NCBI RefSeq assembly: GCF_964355755.1
Contig: NC_092677.1
Location: 14,902,101-14,966,100 of the forward strand
Origin: Antedon mediterranea
Taxonomy: Eukaryota > Animalia > Echinodermata
DNA length: 64,000 nucleotides
Direction: 5' to 3'
Shown: positions 51,782 through 64,000 of the stretch, in pieces
Numbering within the stretch: position 1 is the first letter of the stretch
Layout: each line of letters begins with the position of its first letter
Notes under the pieces: generated by a model
Databases searched by the model: none
Told to the model about the DNA's origin: nothing
What the model saw: the letters and a program-made list of their open reading frames with translations, nothing else
Position numbers and translations under genes: made by a program

Positions 51782-54700
51782 ATGCCGAAAAGAAAACCGC
51801 TTGACAAGAATTTTGTACGGAGGCACTCATCACGCACAATTCGAGTGCCACAAAAATTTGATGCTGCACCTGTCAAGCATGAATGCAACTACTGGTCTTT
51901 GTCGCAAAAACAAAGTTTATTAAAAACTTTAACAACGTAAGGATGGATGGTCACAAAATGTTAACAACATGTCAACCCCCCCCCCCCCCACCCCCACACA
52001 CTTTTTAGTGGGGGGAGGTCCCCTCACTTTTCAACAGCAAAATCTTTAATTGTTTAAATGAAATAGAAAGTAAGAATGACTATAGTATGACATGCATACC
52101 GTATCGTATGTCATTTCAGAAAATACAGTATCTATTTCCTTGAATATAACCAGTGGCACATCAGGGTCCAGTGCCTACAGTAGTAACCCGAAAATATTGT
52201 ATTCTTCCAGGCGAAATTTTGATGTGCTCAGAAATCGATTGAAACGACCTAAAAATTACTCAAAGAGCCCCCTGGCCCCCAGCCTAATGTTGTGAGCGAA
52301 GCAACATTAGCCTGGGGCCAGGGGGTATTTCATTTTTATACATCCGCCCATATACATAATTTATACACATTTATAATTTCCACTAGTATAATAGAATAGT
52401 AACCAAAAACTAATATAATATCGGTTCGTAAGATGCGTATTATGCGTTGTTTAATAAGTTAATTAAATAATTGAATGTCACTGCATTTTTCTGCCGTTGG
52501 CATGCCAGACCAAAATGATTGCCCTCTTTGGACACACTTTCATAAAAGCTTTATATAGCAATATTTATTTTTCAAAGTTGAGAGGTCTGCTGATTGAATT
52601 AAATTTTGTAAAAACAAAATGACTCTGGTTTGGGCTGAACCAAGCACCGTGGATTAGTAGGTTAGCTTGTTTAACACCAAGCTACAGTGTCATTAGTGTA
52701 TTTTTAACTTGTATTTAAATTATACAGATTTTCTAAACAGTATCAGCAGCTGAGAAAATTAAGTCCAACACACTTGAAGACTTTACAGAAGAGTATCAAG
52801 ACGAAGTCAATTGAAAACATTGAAGCTTATATCGAATCTCTGACACGCATAAAAAGTAAGAAAGTTAATACTGTAAAATGTTTATTATGAAATAAAATTA
52901 AACAAGTGGTTGCGAGTAGGGTACCCATCAAATCAAAAATTAAAAGCACCAGCAGAAAAAAAAAACACTTATTAAAATTTCTCAACTTCCTATAATTAAT
53001 TTCAGTAATTAATTTTCGCATTAAGAGTTCTGTAGGCGCTTAAAATGTCATAAAAACCAACCAATCCTGTGTTTTGACATTAAAGGCCAGGTGCCGGTAA
53101 AAAATGTCTATTGATCATACATTGAATAAATATCCATCTATTATAGTTTCCCCTATGTTTCAGAATTTTTGGGATTTTATTTGCGTTACACCAACTTGAA
53201 AATAAGCACTTATCAGTGGGGGAATAGTTGAAATTACAATGTGAAATCTATTCTTTTTTACACAAATGTGGTAAATAGAGATGCATTTAAAAAAAACTAA
53301 ATATAGGTAATATAACTTGAATTTTACATTTGTAGTATTTTTATTCAACTTCAAAGGTTTATTTTTATGCTATAGCAAAAATTATCCACCATCTTTTTTC
53401 ACCTTCTAGAGAGTCATCAGACATGTTATTATTTTAAGTTAAACTACCCAACTACTAAAAAAAAGTCTTCCTGGCTTTTATAGCAGAATTTTGCCAAATT
53501 TGTATTTGACCATTTTAAGGGAAACTCATGTTTTTTTTCGTCTTGATTTATATTACAAATATTTGATTTATGTACAATTAACCAAATATTATATTTAAAA
53601 TTCATGCCTGTACCTGAGCTTTAATACAGTTGTGGAAATGAAAGAAAGATGACTTTTTGGGTGTTGTTTTGTTCATACTGTAATGGTTTTACCAATCATA
53701 CTAATCATAATTTTGCAAAATTGCATACATTTCCATCATTCCATAGTAGTAGTCACGCATAGTACTTGAGAACCCTGTAAAAGTATACCAATAAAGAAAC
53801 CAAGTTTACATTATTATTTGTGGTAGTATGTAAGTGGAAAGTCATATGATTGACTTTTATTTTTGCTTTTAACAGCTGAAAAGAATACAGAGGTTGAAAA
53901 TGCTGAAGATGATCCTCAATTGCAGGTAGGCCTACTGTAATATTGACAAAATACATAAACAGATCATTAAAACCATTATATTATACACGTCACACCATTG
54001 TTCAGAGAGTTAAATTGGCTACCCATCATGGAGTCACATGTTAAATTTAAGATCCTGCTGCTGGTGTTCCGATGCCTAAATAGTTGCGCTCCAAAATATC
54101 TCTCAGGATTGTTGACAGTCAAGAAGGGAAAGCGAGAACTAAGATCTAGTCATCAGGTGCTACTGGACATTCCAAGGAGCAAACATAGTTGGGGAGATCG
54201 GATTTTCAGTGTTGCTGGACCTAGGCTCTGGAACCACCTACCCTTGAACATTAAACACACATCATTATTGAGTCACTTTAAGTCACTACTCAAAACTCAC
54301 CTTTTCTGATTTTTTTACAGCGCCATGAGCAATGAATGTTGGAATGGCGCTATATAAATCGAACGATTGATTGATTGATTGATTGATACTGTATCAAAAA
54401 TCCAACATAAGCTAAACTTATTCCTATCAAATAAAAACAAATTAAAGCCTCATTTTGAATTACTGTATAAAGTTGCCATCATCATCGCCGGCAATAAAGT
54501 AATACATTTTATTAAACTAAATTTATATTTTCAAGCCTTGGGTTGAACTATTAGAGGACCAAGCTGAGGCAACTGGGTTAGATTGTTCATCTCAAATTTC
54601 CAAGGTTAAGTTGATATTAATTAGTTTCTAAAAATATTAAAAAGCAAATACTTTATTTATGTGTGTGAAAGAGCAAAAGTATATTAACAACAACATCCAG

Positions 54701-57700
54701 TTTGTCATCCTCATGTGTAAACTTTAATGCAATGGAAAGTGCCATAAAGTACAAATAGTAAACGTATTGAGCAGCTACTAATACTACTGAAGAAAGATTG
54801 TTAGTACTTGTACAATTCTGCCTATAGGTTCTGCTATTTTGGTATATTTAAATGTGAAAATTGTCATTACAGATGCTTTCTACAGCTTCAAGAGATAAAC
54901 ATGGTAGCTTCTCCACTGACCCAGACTTTAAACGTCTTTACCAGTGGATTGATGCATTAGTACAGGATAAAACATTACCAGAACTCTCAAACATTGGTAA
55001 TTAATGAAATATGGAGAAACAAATTATCACTATAGTGCATCATCACTATCCTCATAAACTAAAGCATCACTATCCCATACAATATATGCATCATCACTAT
55101 CAATATTATCATGTATGGTGAATCATCACTATCCACATAGTATTCATTATGACTATCATCATCACATCCCCATACAATATATGCATCATCACTATCAATA
55201 TTATCATGTATGGTGAATCATCACTATCCACATAGTAGAATTCACTATGACTATCATCACTATCCCCATACAATATATGCATCATCACTATCAATATTAT
55301 CATGTATGGTGAATCATCACTATCCACATAGTAGTATTCAATATGACTATCATCATCACTATCCCCATACAGTATGCATCATCACTATCAATATTATCAT
55401 GTATGGTGAATCATCACTATCCACATAGTAGAATTCAATATGACTGTCATCACTATCAATATTACCATGTATGGTGAATCATCACTATCCACATAGTAGT
55501 ATTTGTTATGATGGTCATCATCACTATCCCCATACAGTATGCATCATCACTATCAATATTATCATGTATGGTGAATCATCACTATCCACATAGTAGAATT
55601 CAATATGACTGTCATCACTATCAATATTACCATGTATGGTGAATCATCACTATCCACATAGTAGTATTTGTTATGATGGTCATCATCACTATCCCCATAC
55701 AGTATGCATCATCACTATCAATATTATCATGTATGGTGAATCATCACTATCCACATAGTAGAATTCAATATGACTGTCATCACTATCAATATTACCATGT
55801 ATGGTGAATCATCACTATCCACATAGTAGTATTTGTTATGATGGTCATCATCACTATCCCCATACAGTATGCATCATCACTATCAATATTATCATGTATG
55901 GTGAATCATCACTATCCACATAGTAGTATTCAATATGACTCATCACTATCCCCATACAGTATGCATCATCACTATCAATATTATCATGTATGGTGAATCA
56001 TCACTATCCACATAGTAGTATTTGTTATGATGGTCATCATCACTATCCCCATACAGTATGCATCATCACTATCAATATTATCATGTATGGTGAATCATCA
56101 CTATCCACATAGTAGAATTCAATATGACTGTCATCACTATCAATATTACCATGTATGGTGAATCATCACTATCCACATAGTAGTATTTGTTATGATGGTC
56201 ATCATCACTATCCCCATACAGTATGCATCATCACTATCAATATTATCATGTATGGTGAATCATCACTATCCACATAGTAGTATTCAATATGACTCACCAC
56301 TATCCCCATACAGTATGCATCATCACTATCAATATTATCATGTATGGTGAATCATCACTATCCACATAGTAGTATTCAATATGACTGTCATCACTATCCC
56401 CATACAGTATGCATCATCACTATCAATATTATCATGTATGGTGAATCATCACTATCCACATAGTAGTATTTGTTATGATGGTCATCATCACATCCCCATA
56501 CAATATATGCATCATCACTATCAATATTATCATGTATGGTGAATCATAACTATCCACATAGTAGTATTCACTATGACTATCATCATCACTATCCTCATAC
56601 AGTATATGCATCATCATCATCATCATCAAAAAACTGAAGTGATGATTATTGGAACGCCACAAAGGCTTTCTTCACTCTGGCCTATAAATGTTTCTATTAG
56701 CAACTTACCTATCAAACAGGTCACCCAACATAAGCATCTTGGCATCATTCTTGACCATCGTCTTACTTTTATTCCGCACGTTGATAAGTTGTGCAACAAA
56801 TTAAGTTCCTCTATCTCCATCCTCGCCCGAACTCGAAAATTTGTCCACCAAGCTACATCTCTTATGTTATACAATGCTCTTGTCTTACCTCATATTGACT
56901 ATTGTTGTTCTCTCTGGGGCTCACGAGCACCACTCGTTGCTAAAGTCCAGAAACTTCAAATTAGAGCTAAAAGAGTTATTTTGAAAGTTCACCCTCATAC
57001 CCCATCCCACCTTATTGATAACACCCTTTCCATCTTATCCGTTTCTCAACGTTATCAGTTTCAACTTGGTTGTCTCGCCTATCGGGCTTCCATCAATACC
57101 ATTCCGGATTACATCAGTCGCATGTTAACCAGGACTCAGCCCGGAAGTCGACCAACTACCAGATCCATCTCTAATTGTAATTATATTGTTCCTCGACCTT
57201 CATGTTTCAGTTATAAAGCGCCTATGTATTTTAATATGATTCCTAAAATCATTCGACAATCTGAAAATATTATTTCCTTTAAACGTGAACTTAAAGAATT
57301 TATTTCCAGCTAATATTGTTCGTATTGTGTATATATATATATATTTTGTCTGTCAACGATTTTAACTTCTATATGAATTTTAATCACTATCCACATAGTA
57401 TTCATTACGACTCATCATCACTATTTTCATACACTCACAGTATGTAATATCATTATCAATGATCATATATTATGATTATCATTGTCAATATTCTTCATAT
57501 CCAATATATCACTATTATCATGCATCATCATTACTATCGTTCCTATACTTGCACTATATATTATCATACATCAGCATCACTATACTTACACTATACAGTC
57601 ATCATGTATCATTCAATATACAGTATCACTATTGGCATGTGTAATCATCACTATCCGTATCATTGTCACTATTTTCATATTCAATATATCACTATTGTCA

Positions 57701-58181
57701 TGCATCCTCATCACTATCCTTCCTTTTTGTACTTACACTGTATAGTCACCACATGTATCACTGTCACTATCATTCAATATATCAGTACCCTATATCAGAT
57801 ATGATGGATATAATTTTTAACAGCTTTGTTAATGTTTCTTTAGATGCATTGATCATCCTAGATTGTATGGAAAACCTTGAGATGTTTATCAATGATGTTG
57901 ACACAACAGAACAAAAAAACTTAATGATAGAGAAAAGTGACAAGTTAAAAGAATTTCTTTACAGCAATGAAGACTATGTTGTTACAACTGAAATGTGTGA
58001 TGAAATTGATCAAAATGAAGATATTCGTCCACGAAAGAAAAAAAAGTCTAAAATATCAATTGCAAGCTCAACAACTGCAATAGCTTCGAAAAATAAAATA
58101 ACAATGAGTATGTCAAGTTTAAATCCCTTTGGTGTACCACCTGATATGTTGAACTTTAAGCAAGGTCATGAGACTGTATGA
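51782..58181 (+). CDS. SNAPC2: snRNA-activating protein complex subunit 2-like (SNAP45), 6 coding exons, ~287 aa
   Basis: Exons 51782-51936, 52728-52855, 53876-53925, 54536-54604, 54873-54996, 57844-58181 join in frame (864 nt). Colinear motifs WSLSQKQSLL, KSIENIEAYIESL, PWVELLE, PDFKRLYQWI...LPELSNIDALIILD and LNPFGVPPDML match recalled human SNAPC2 (WSAREKRQL, DFEKIYKYL...PELSAAESAVVLD, LNPFLVPLELL). Confidence 0.8.
53080..53624. mobile_element. Degenerate TTAA-flanked MITE
   Basis: ttaa-aggccaggtgccgg ... cctgtacctgagct-ttaa, imperfect TIR. Confidence 0.5.
53980..54386 (+). mobile_element. L2-clade LINE 3' fragment
   Basis: HVTPLFRELNWLPI...APKYLS...GDRIFSVAGPRLWNHLP...FKSLLKTHLF; 3' gcgctatataaat followed by an (ATTG)n tail. 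Confidence 0.85.
55020..57800. repeat. CATCACTAT-based minisatellite in SNAPC2 intron 5
   Basis: Marker atgtatggtg recurs 17 times from 55111 to 56532 with periods ~92-98 and 68 bp; degenerate continuation at 57380-57800. Confidence 0.92.
56628..57380 (+). mobile_element. CR1-group LINE 3' fragment inserted in the minisatellite
   Basis: KTEVMIIG...HKHLGIILD...LYNALVLPHIDYCCSLWG is the RT C-terminal region; the minisatellite resumes after it. Confidence 0.85.
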
Positions 58182-58410
58182 ATTGACCAAACAATACGTT
58201 CTATTGGTCAGTTGTTTTTATTAGGTACGATCGTAAAGAAGAAAAGATCATGCAACTTTTACAGTATCAGACTTGCATCCAATCCAAACATTTACAGGAA
58301 AATTTCTTATGTTTTTAGTTATTGTAAAAAAAAAGGTATTAAACATTTTGTTTGCAAAATCTAGTTGTCGCCTATAGATTTGTAACAGACAAGGGTATGT
58401 ACTATTACCT

Positions 58411-58970
58411 AGGTAGGTTCTATTTCGCCTGAAATGGAGCCATTTTTGGGTACAAGCTGGTATCCACTAGATTTTTGAATATTTTGACCTCACTGATTAC
58501 GAATATGGAGGATCCGAAGCAAATTCGGCCATCTAAAGCCCGGCGCACACTAAAGCTTTCGGCTGAGCCAACTGGCTGGATAATTACTTACTAGCTATAT
58601 ATTCAAAATGGCTACCATCGATAAAATGCATACAAGCCTTTAAAGTTAGAATTTTTAATTGATCTGTGTTATTTCCACCTTATTAGCGAGTCCTATATTA
58701 TAAAGCGTGGTTCCCACTAGAACGTAACGCAAGGACGTAAACGCAGCGCAAGCGTTTCAACCAATGACAAGCGAAGTTATCAATCACAAGCGAATAAGCC
58801 ATCGATTGTGATTGGTCAATTCACTTGCGTTGCGTTACGTCCTTGTGTTGCGTCGCTAGTGGGAACCACGCTTAAGAGGGAAATATCCTAAATCAAGTGG
58901 ATCCCAGCTTCTACCAAAAATGCCTCTTGACTCTTTTTCTCGGCTGTCTTTTGAGAAATGGAACCTACCT
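58411..58970. mobile_element. Unclassified TIR element containing a nested Harbinger-like MITE
   Basis: TIR aggtaggttctatttc / gaaatggaacctacct. Confidence 0.6.
58704..58872. mobile_element. Palindromic MITE (PIF/Harbinger-like), copy 2
   Basis: taa-agcgtggttcccactag ... ctagtgggaaccacgct-taa. Confidence 0.85.
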
Positions 58971-60256
58971 TTATGTTTCCTTGACATTACATCACCATAG
59001 CACTGTTCTAGTCAGTCATACACTACATTAGTAATAAACACACATGTCATTTTAATATGTACAATCAATTTAAAAACAATATCTGCACATAGTACAAACA
59101 TCAATAGAAATACAGTAATTACAATTTTAAAATTATGGAAAAAGCAATCACCATTATAAAGAAATAACCCCTTTGAAGACGCGAGGTTTCTACCCCAAGT
59201 GACTGAGGCTAAATAAGGTATAAAAAAACTGTAACTTTCTGGTGTATACACTACACAAAATTTCATTAAAAAAAATAGACATTTAAAAAATGCATATTTT
59301 CCGGAAGGCAAAAACCAACAATCAATCGGATAACCCCACTTATTAGCCCATAACAGTAATAAAATCAAAAAATGGTTTCTATGTACAATTGAATTGGCCT
59401 TTTGATTTATATGCTCTTCCCTAGTAACAAAAATGCCTCAAATTTAGAAATGAAAGTTAATGCATATATCATAATAACCTAATTATGGTTATGCAGAAGG
59501 CAGATATTAATTATTATACAGGATAAACCACCCGGAACTACCCTTTAAGGAAAAAAGACATGCTTGAGTGGTCAAGGGAGGGGCTTGATACAGTTAGTAA
59601 TTTGCATAACCAAGAATAACTTCCGGTGTGTGGTAACTCAAGCAGATGACACGCGCGAAAATAATTCGCTTCAACGCTATTATAATCACTCTAATCTTAG
59701 TCCTAATACGAAATAAGGTAAAAGATAGACCATTAATGCTTATCTACATTTTCTGTACGATGAGGTATAGGCCTAAGATGTAAACTAGGCTCTAAATAGA
59801 CTAGTAGGCCTATTAAAATCTACCTACTGAAAATTGAACCAACTAGGCCTACTACTAGGCCTACTCTAGTTCTAGAACTACTGGCTTGGCTAGAGGGCTA
59901 GGCTAGGCCTACCCCTTTTTTTCAGGTAGGTTACCCACGGCTAGCTAGGCCAACTTATACTAGGCCTATCTTTACATTAGTAGTACTGTTACATAGGCCT
60001 ACTCGGACTAGTAGTAGTACAGATAACCATCGCTGAGAAAAAAAGAGCATGTTTCTGTTGTAAAATACTAAATAAAAAAATAGGCTAGGCCTGTAGTCCT
60101 AATTAATACCAATTGGTTTTTTTTGGTCATAAATAAAAAATATTAATAGGCCTAATAATAAATATTAATTTCAAGGGCTCATTTTTCATATTATTTATTA
60201 TTAATACTGTACAGTATTTTAATTGTCAACTTAGCCTAATTAGCACTGCAACCAGC

Positions 60257-60469
60257 ATGGATTCAGACATACTAAGAGAAGGCAGGTTAATCGACAGTGT
60301 GGATGAAAATTGGCGAACAGACAAGCTGCCTGCTGAAGACATAGCAGTACCTCAGGCTGAGTTACCAGTTCCTCAACCAGACAACGAACAAACTAATGAG
60401 ACAATGATAGAACAAGATCAAAAATGGACTGATTTGGCATTGCAAAATCTACAAGAAATTCCAACTTGA
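60257..60469 (+). CDS. ANAPC13: Anaphase-promoting complex subunit 13, 70 aa, single coding exon
   Basis: MDSDILREGRLIDSVDENWRTDKLPAEDI...EQDQKWTDLAL matches recalled APC13 (MDSEVQRDGRILDLIDDAWREDKLPYEDV...EQEMKWTDLAL). Likely non-coding first exon ending at 59717 (aag|gtaaa); ETS-like cttccgg at ~59620. Confidence 0.93.
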   Translation: MDSDILREGRLIDSVDENWRTDKLPAEDIAVPQAELPVPQPDNEQTNETMIEQDQKWTDLALQNLQEIPT

Positions 60470-61130
60470 ATACTTACAAGAAGGCATCTTTTTTTTTTAT
60501 AGAGGATACAGTTATGACAACCTTGCATCATTGCCACACTCTTTCACCAGCTAATTCAAGTTCCATGCTCGAAAACAATATAGTGGTGGTACTATTTCTT
60601 GCAGAAGTTAAAAACTCATCCATATTATTATTGATAATCATCAGATCCTAGATTTGTCTTTGTAATGATTTAACTTAACTACTATGAACTTTATTTGGTA
60701 ATACCTGTATTGAATTAATAATTACAGCAATTAATAAGGACAAACCACTTTATTAATCATTAAAATATGTTGAGAAGGTAAAATACCATTACACACATTA
60801 CTGTACTCTGTTTTTTTATGAAATATTTATACTGTTTTATTATAAAACTGTTTAAAACGGTATAGATTTCAAGAGAATATTTTTTAAGTGATTCAATTGA
60901 AAAAGAAATTGTAAGTATGAAATAAATTTCCACATAGATTCTCTTTCTGGTGGTTTGTGAAATTTAGTAAGATATTTGATGACTATCCTATTGTACCTAC
61001 CTATGCCTATTCTGATTGGCACAGAAGTTTTGCTAATGTTTGGCATTTGGCTAGGAAGATATTTGACCACCTCCCATATGCCTAAAATGTATTATTAAAG
61101 ATAGATCAATCGTTGAAAGCTAAATTTATT

Positions 61131-63864
61131 TCATGCGATTTCACAGGACTGAAGTAATGATGACAATGCCTTGGCATATGCTGTAAAAAAAGAAAATTAA
61201 ATACTGTAAATATTTAAATAAACCATTTTATTGAAATATCATTATTGGTGAAATAATGAATAAAATAATTGCCAAAACTAATGAGATAGTAATATTGATT
61301 ATATGCCTGACCATAATACAAGTACTGTATACAGTATTTATATAACATCGCTTAAAGATGTATTGTCGCCCAAAAACATGAAAAATAAAAATTAATTAAA
61401 TCAGACTTTGAATATGTTATTTTGTAGTTTTAAAAAATGAAAAAAAATTAATAATGTTTTTACTTATAAAATGACAAAATAAATGGTGAAATTCAACCAA
61501 AAATCCATTGGCTGGCAGACAATTTTGTTGCAGATGCAGATCAAATTTTGGGTCAAAGTGGATAACTATTATGTTACATTAAAATGGAATTTTCAACCAA
61601 ATTTTTTAAAAGAATTATTTATTCAGGGGACAATACATCTTTAATGTAACATCGCTTAAATTCCAAAAACTTATTTATATGATAACATGTTGTATGCAAC
61701 AACTTAACTATTCATCTAAACAATACCAAAAGGATACTTAGGTCATACATGGTAAAATACATGCATTGAAAAAAAAGTGTTACCTTTTTGATTCCTGTAA
61801 AACATGCAATTGTTAGCACACATATCAGGACCAGATCCCCATATGTCAGTTGAGCAGGCACAAAGAGGGGGGAGTGTGATGCCTTGCTTTTCAACCTTTT
61901 CCTGCATAGCTGCCCTTAAAGCTCCTACAAACCTGTAATGATGGTAAATCATTTGTAATTGAACTGATGGTGAAATGGTCATCAAACACTAACACATGAA
62001 AAATCCAACAACTTCTTCAAATAAACAAACAATAACCTCTCTGTTTCTTTGTTCTTTTGTTTACGTTTACGATGCATCTCCATTATCTCTTTGACGTGCA
62101 TTTGTTCCTCTCTCTGTCGCTCTTTAGCTTCCTCGGCTGTCTCCCCAGTAACTGGGTTTCTAGATTCTATGGCAGCTCTTACCTGTTCTTCCTGCTCTTG
62201 CCTTTGTAACTCTTTCTCTTTTTTAATTCTAAAATACAATGCGTATAGTACCTTAAATGGTTGAAAAGCACAGCTTAAAATTTAATAAGCAGTGGTGGCT
62301 GTAAAATATATTCATTTTCATGTTATCTGTAGCCGTGTGCAATATTTTTACATAGAAGTTCAATATGCAAAAAAGTCGTCAGCCATTATTAATTTATGGA
62401 ACCAACCACTGCAGTGTTTTTTCAGTGATGGGGCATGGAGGTTAATTTCTACTGCACAAAGTAATAAAATGTAGAGCCATAAAGGTCTGCATTCATCTGA
62501 ATGTAAAATAGGTAGCTTTCGGTTTGCAAAGACCTATCAAGGTCATAAATCTGCTTCTGGAGAGAGCTGACCTTTGACGGCAATACAAAATAACACTTCA
62601 AATGATCCTATTACTGTACCTATTAATCTTCTCTCTGTGTTCCTTGCGGCGAATGGTTTCTCTCACTTGTTCTCGTTCAATATCCATAAATAATCGTCTG
62701 TACATTGAAAACTGATTTTTTGACTACAGTGAAAAGAATAGACAGTTACAATATTAACATAGGTAGAATAGGTAAAACTCCTATTAAGGGTACAACTTTT
62801 TCGGGACCAAATAAATTGATTAAGATATATATCGTTTGTTTCACGGGAAAGTGTAGCATCAATGTTCAGATAAGGGTTGCTTTGATAATTTGTGTTAAAG
62901 CAGTCTATGAATGAGACAATTTATCTTATTCAATTAATTAAGAGGACAATTTAATTATTAAAGTACACACCAGTCGTTTTTCCTCTTCCTGTGCCTGTCC
63001 AGGATTAACATCAGGAATGTGTAATTTCTGCAATAATGCCATACGTTGTTTACTACTACCCTGTGAAATTATATCACCTTGACCTTCAACATATATGTCT
63101 GTATCAAAAGTTACTTTACGAGTTGGTGCAATTGCTGTTTTTAAACAATCACCTTTCCTTCCAATAAGCTTTGTATTGGAAGACACTATATCCTGAGGCA
63201 CACTGTCCGCTTCTTGTAAAAACTCTTCAGGTTTCTCACTTTCTTTCCCAGGTTGGACCATTTCTACATACGCTTGTGGTATATGTTGCAAGTTACTGGT
63301 ACAATATGGCTGAAAAATAAGAAGTGAATTCTTCTTGCAATCTTCTGTGGCCATAATGATGATAATGAATTCATATTTTTTATTACGCTTTATATTGTAA
63401 CCGCTCCAAAGCATAGTGGACCGTCATCTCCCCTATGGCTAAGGATCCCTTTGTGTCGAGTACCACTGGATTCTTGAAAGTGCACAAGCCATATGTGTAC
63501 ACTTATCCGAAAAGACTTCTACCACCAGAACTATGGCCAAGGAGAGCTTTAAAACCTCCGATGTTGTGGCTATGATTGTAACAGCTCGGCCACTCAACTC
63601 AAGGGAGACACTTAAAATTTAAAAATATTCCCACATATATCAATAGTACAGTACTTTATAGTTTCCATTAAGGTTTATCTACTTAAGTGAAATACTTACT
63701 ATATTTGAGGGAAATAATCTCACTTTAAAGTTAGATTGTTGAATATGGCCACAGATTGTTTAAAATTGACTCAATTTTGAGGTCAAACTGGGCTTATAAA
63801 ACATTGTACTTACTAGTTTGTCTCTTGTGGCTGACATACCCCATGTACCACCAGGTAAACTTTG
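61131..63864 (-). CDS. CCDC15: Coiled-coil domain-containing protein 15-like, 3' exons (5' part lies beyond the window)
   Basis: Exons 63864-63814, 63309-62971, 62723-62620, 62228-62037, 61932-61784, 61180-61131, phase-compatible. Motifs YRRLFMDIEREQVRE and ITLPPLCAC...PDMCANNCMFYRNQKAYAKAL match the recalled CCDC15 C-terminus. Confidence 0.85.
61352..61644. mobile_element. TTAA-flanked MITE (Kolobok-like), opposite orientation
   Basis: ttaa-agatgtattgtcgcc ... ggggacaatacatct-ttaa. Confidence 0.78.
63355..63603 (-). mobile_element. Degenerate tRNA/Deu-domain SINE
   Basis: Reverse complement gagtggccgagctgtta...gttctggtggtagaa...gtgtacacata...cactttcaagaa matches the 45959 SINE. Confidence 0.7.
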
Positions 63865-64000
63865 CTGCGAGGAAAACAATAAATCACAGTATGGTACAAA
63901 TTTAACAAACATTATAAACATTAAAAACCTAGATCTAAAACCTGATTTAACTGTGTAGTAAATTATCTTTTACAAGGTAAGTTCAGTTACTATTACATCA

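Noticed and set aside
55109-57804. His/Ile/Met-rich ORFs on both strands
   Set aside because: Translations of the CATCACTAT minisatellite; the apparent His-tag on ORF 56573-57313 is the repeat fused to a LINE fragment.

Overview
AT-rich animal genomic DNA, probably an invertebrate deuterostome such as an echinoderm (inferred from Deu-domain SINEs and the gene sequences). The left half (1-32.4 kb) is a hairpin-containing satellite array with ~470-670 bp monomers built from a ~240-bp core, one 150-bp subunit and 1-3 98-bp subunits. The array is interrupted by two copies of one dead, 5'-truncated CR1/L2-group LINE insertion, by several Helentron-associated (HINE/DINE-1-like) elements (one apparently a composite carrying ~3 kb of foreign DNA), and by a 1.2-kb orphan piece of an Ig-domain gene. 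The right half is gene-dense: a complete 9-coding-exon GSK3 gene (-), a head-to-head SNAPC2-like gene (+), ANAPC13 (+) and the 3' part of a CCDC15-like gene (-). Their introns hold MITEs, SINEs (tRNA/Deu-domain and 5S-derived) and LINE fragments. All exon models were read by eye from GT-AG sites and phase continuity; family names come from recalled protein or element similarity, not from database searches.
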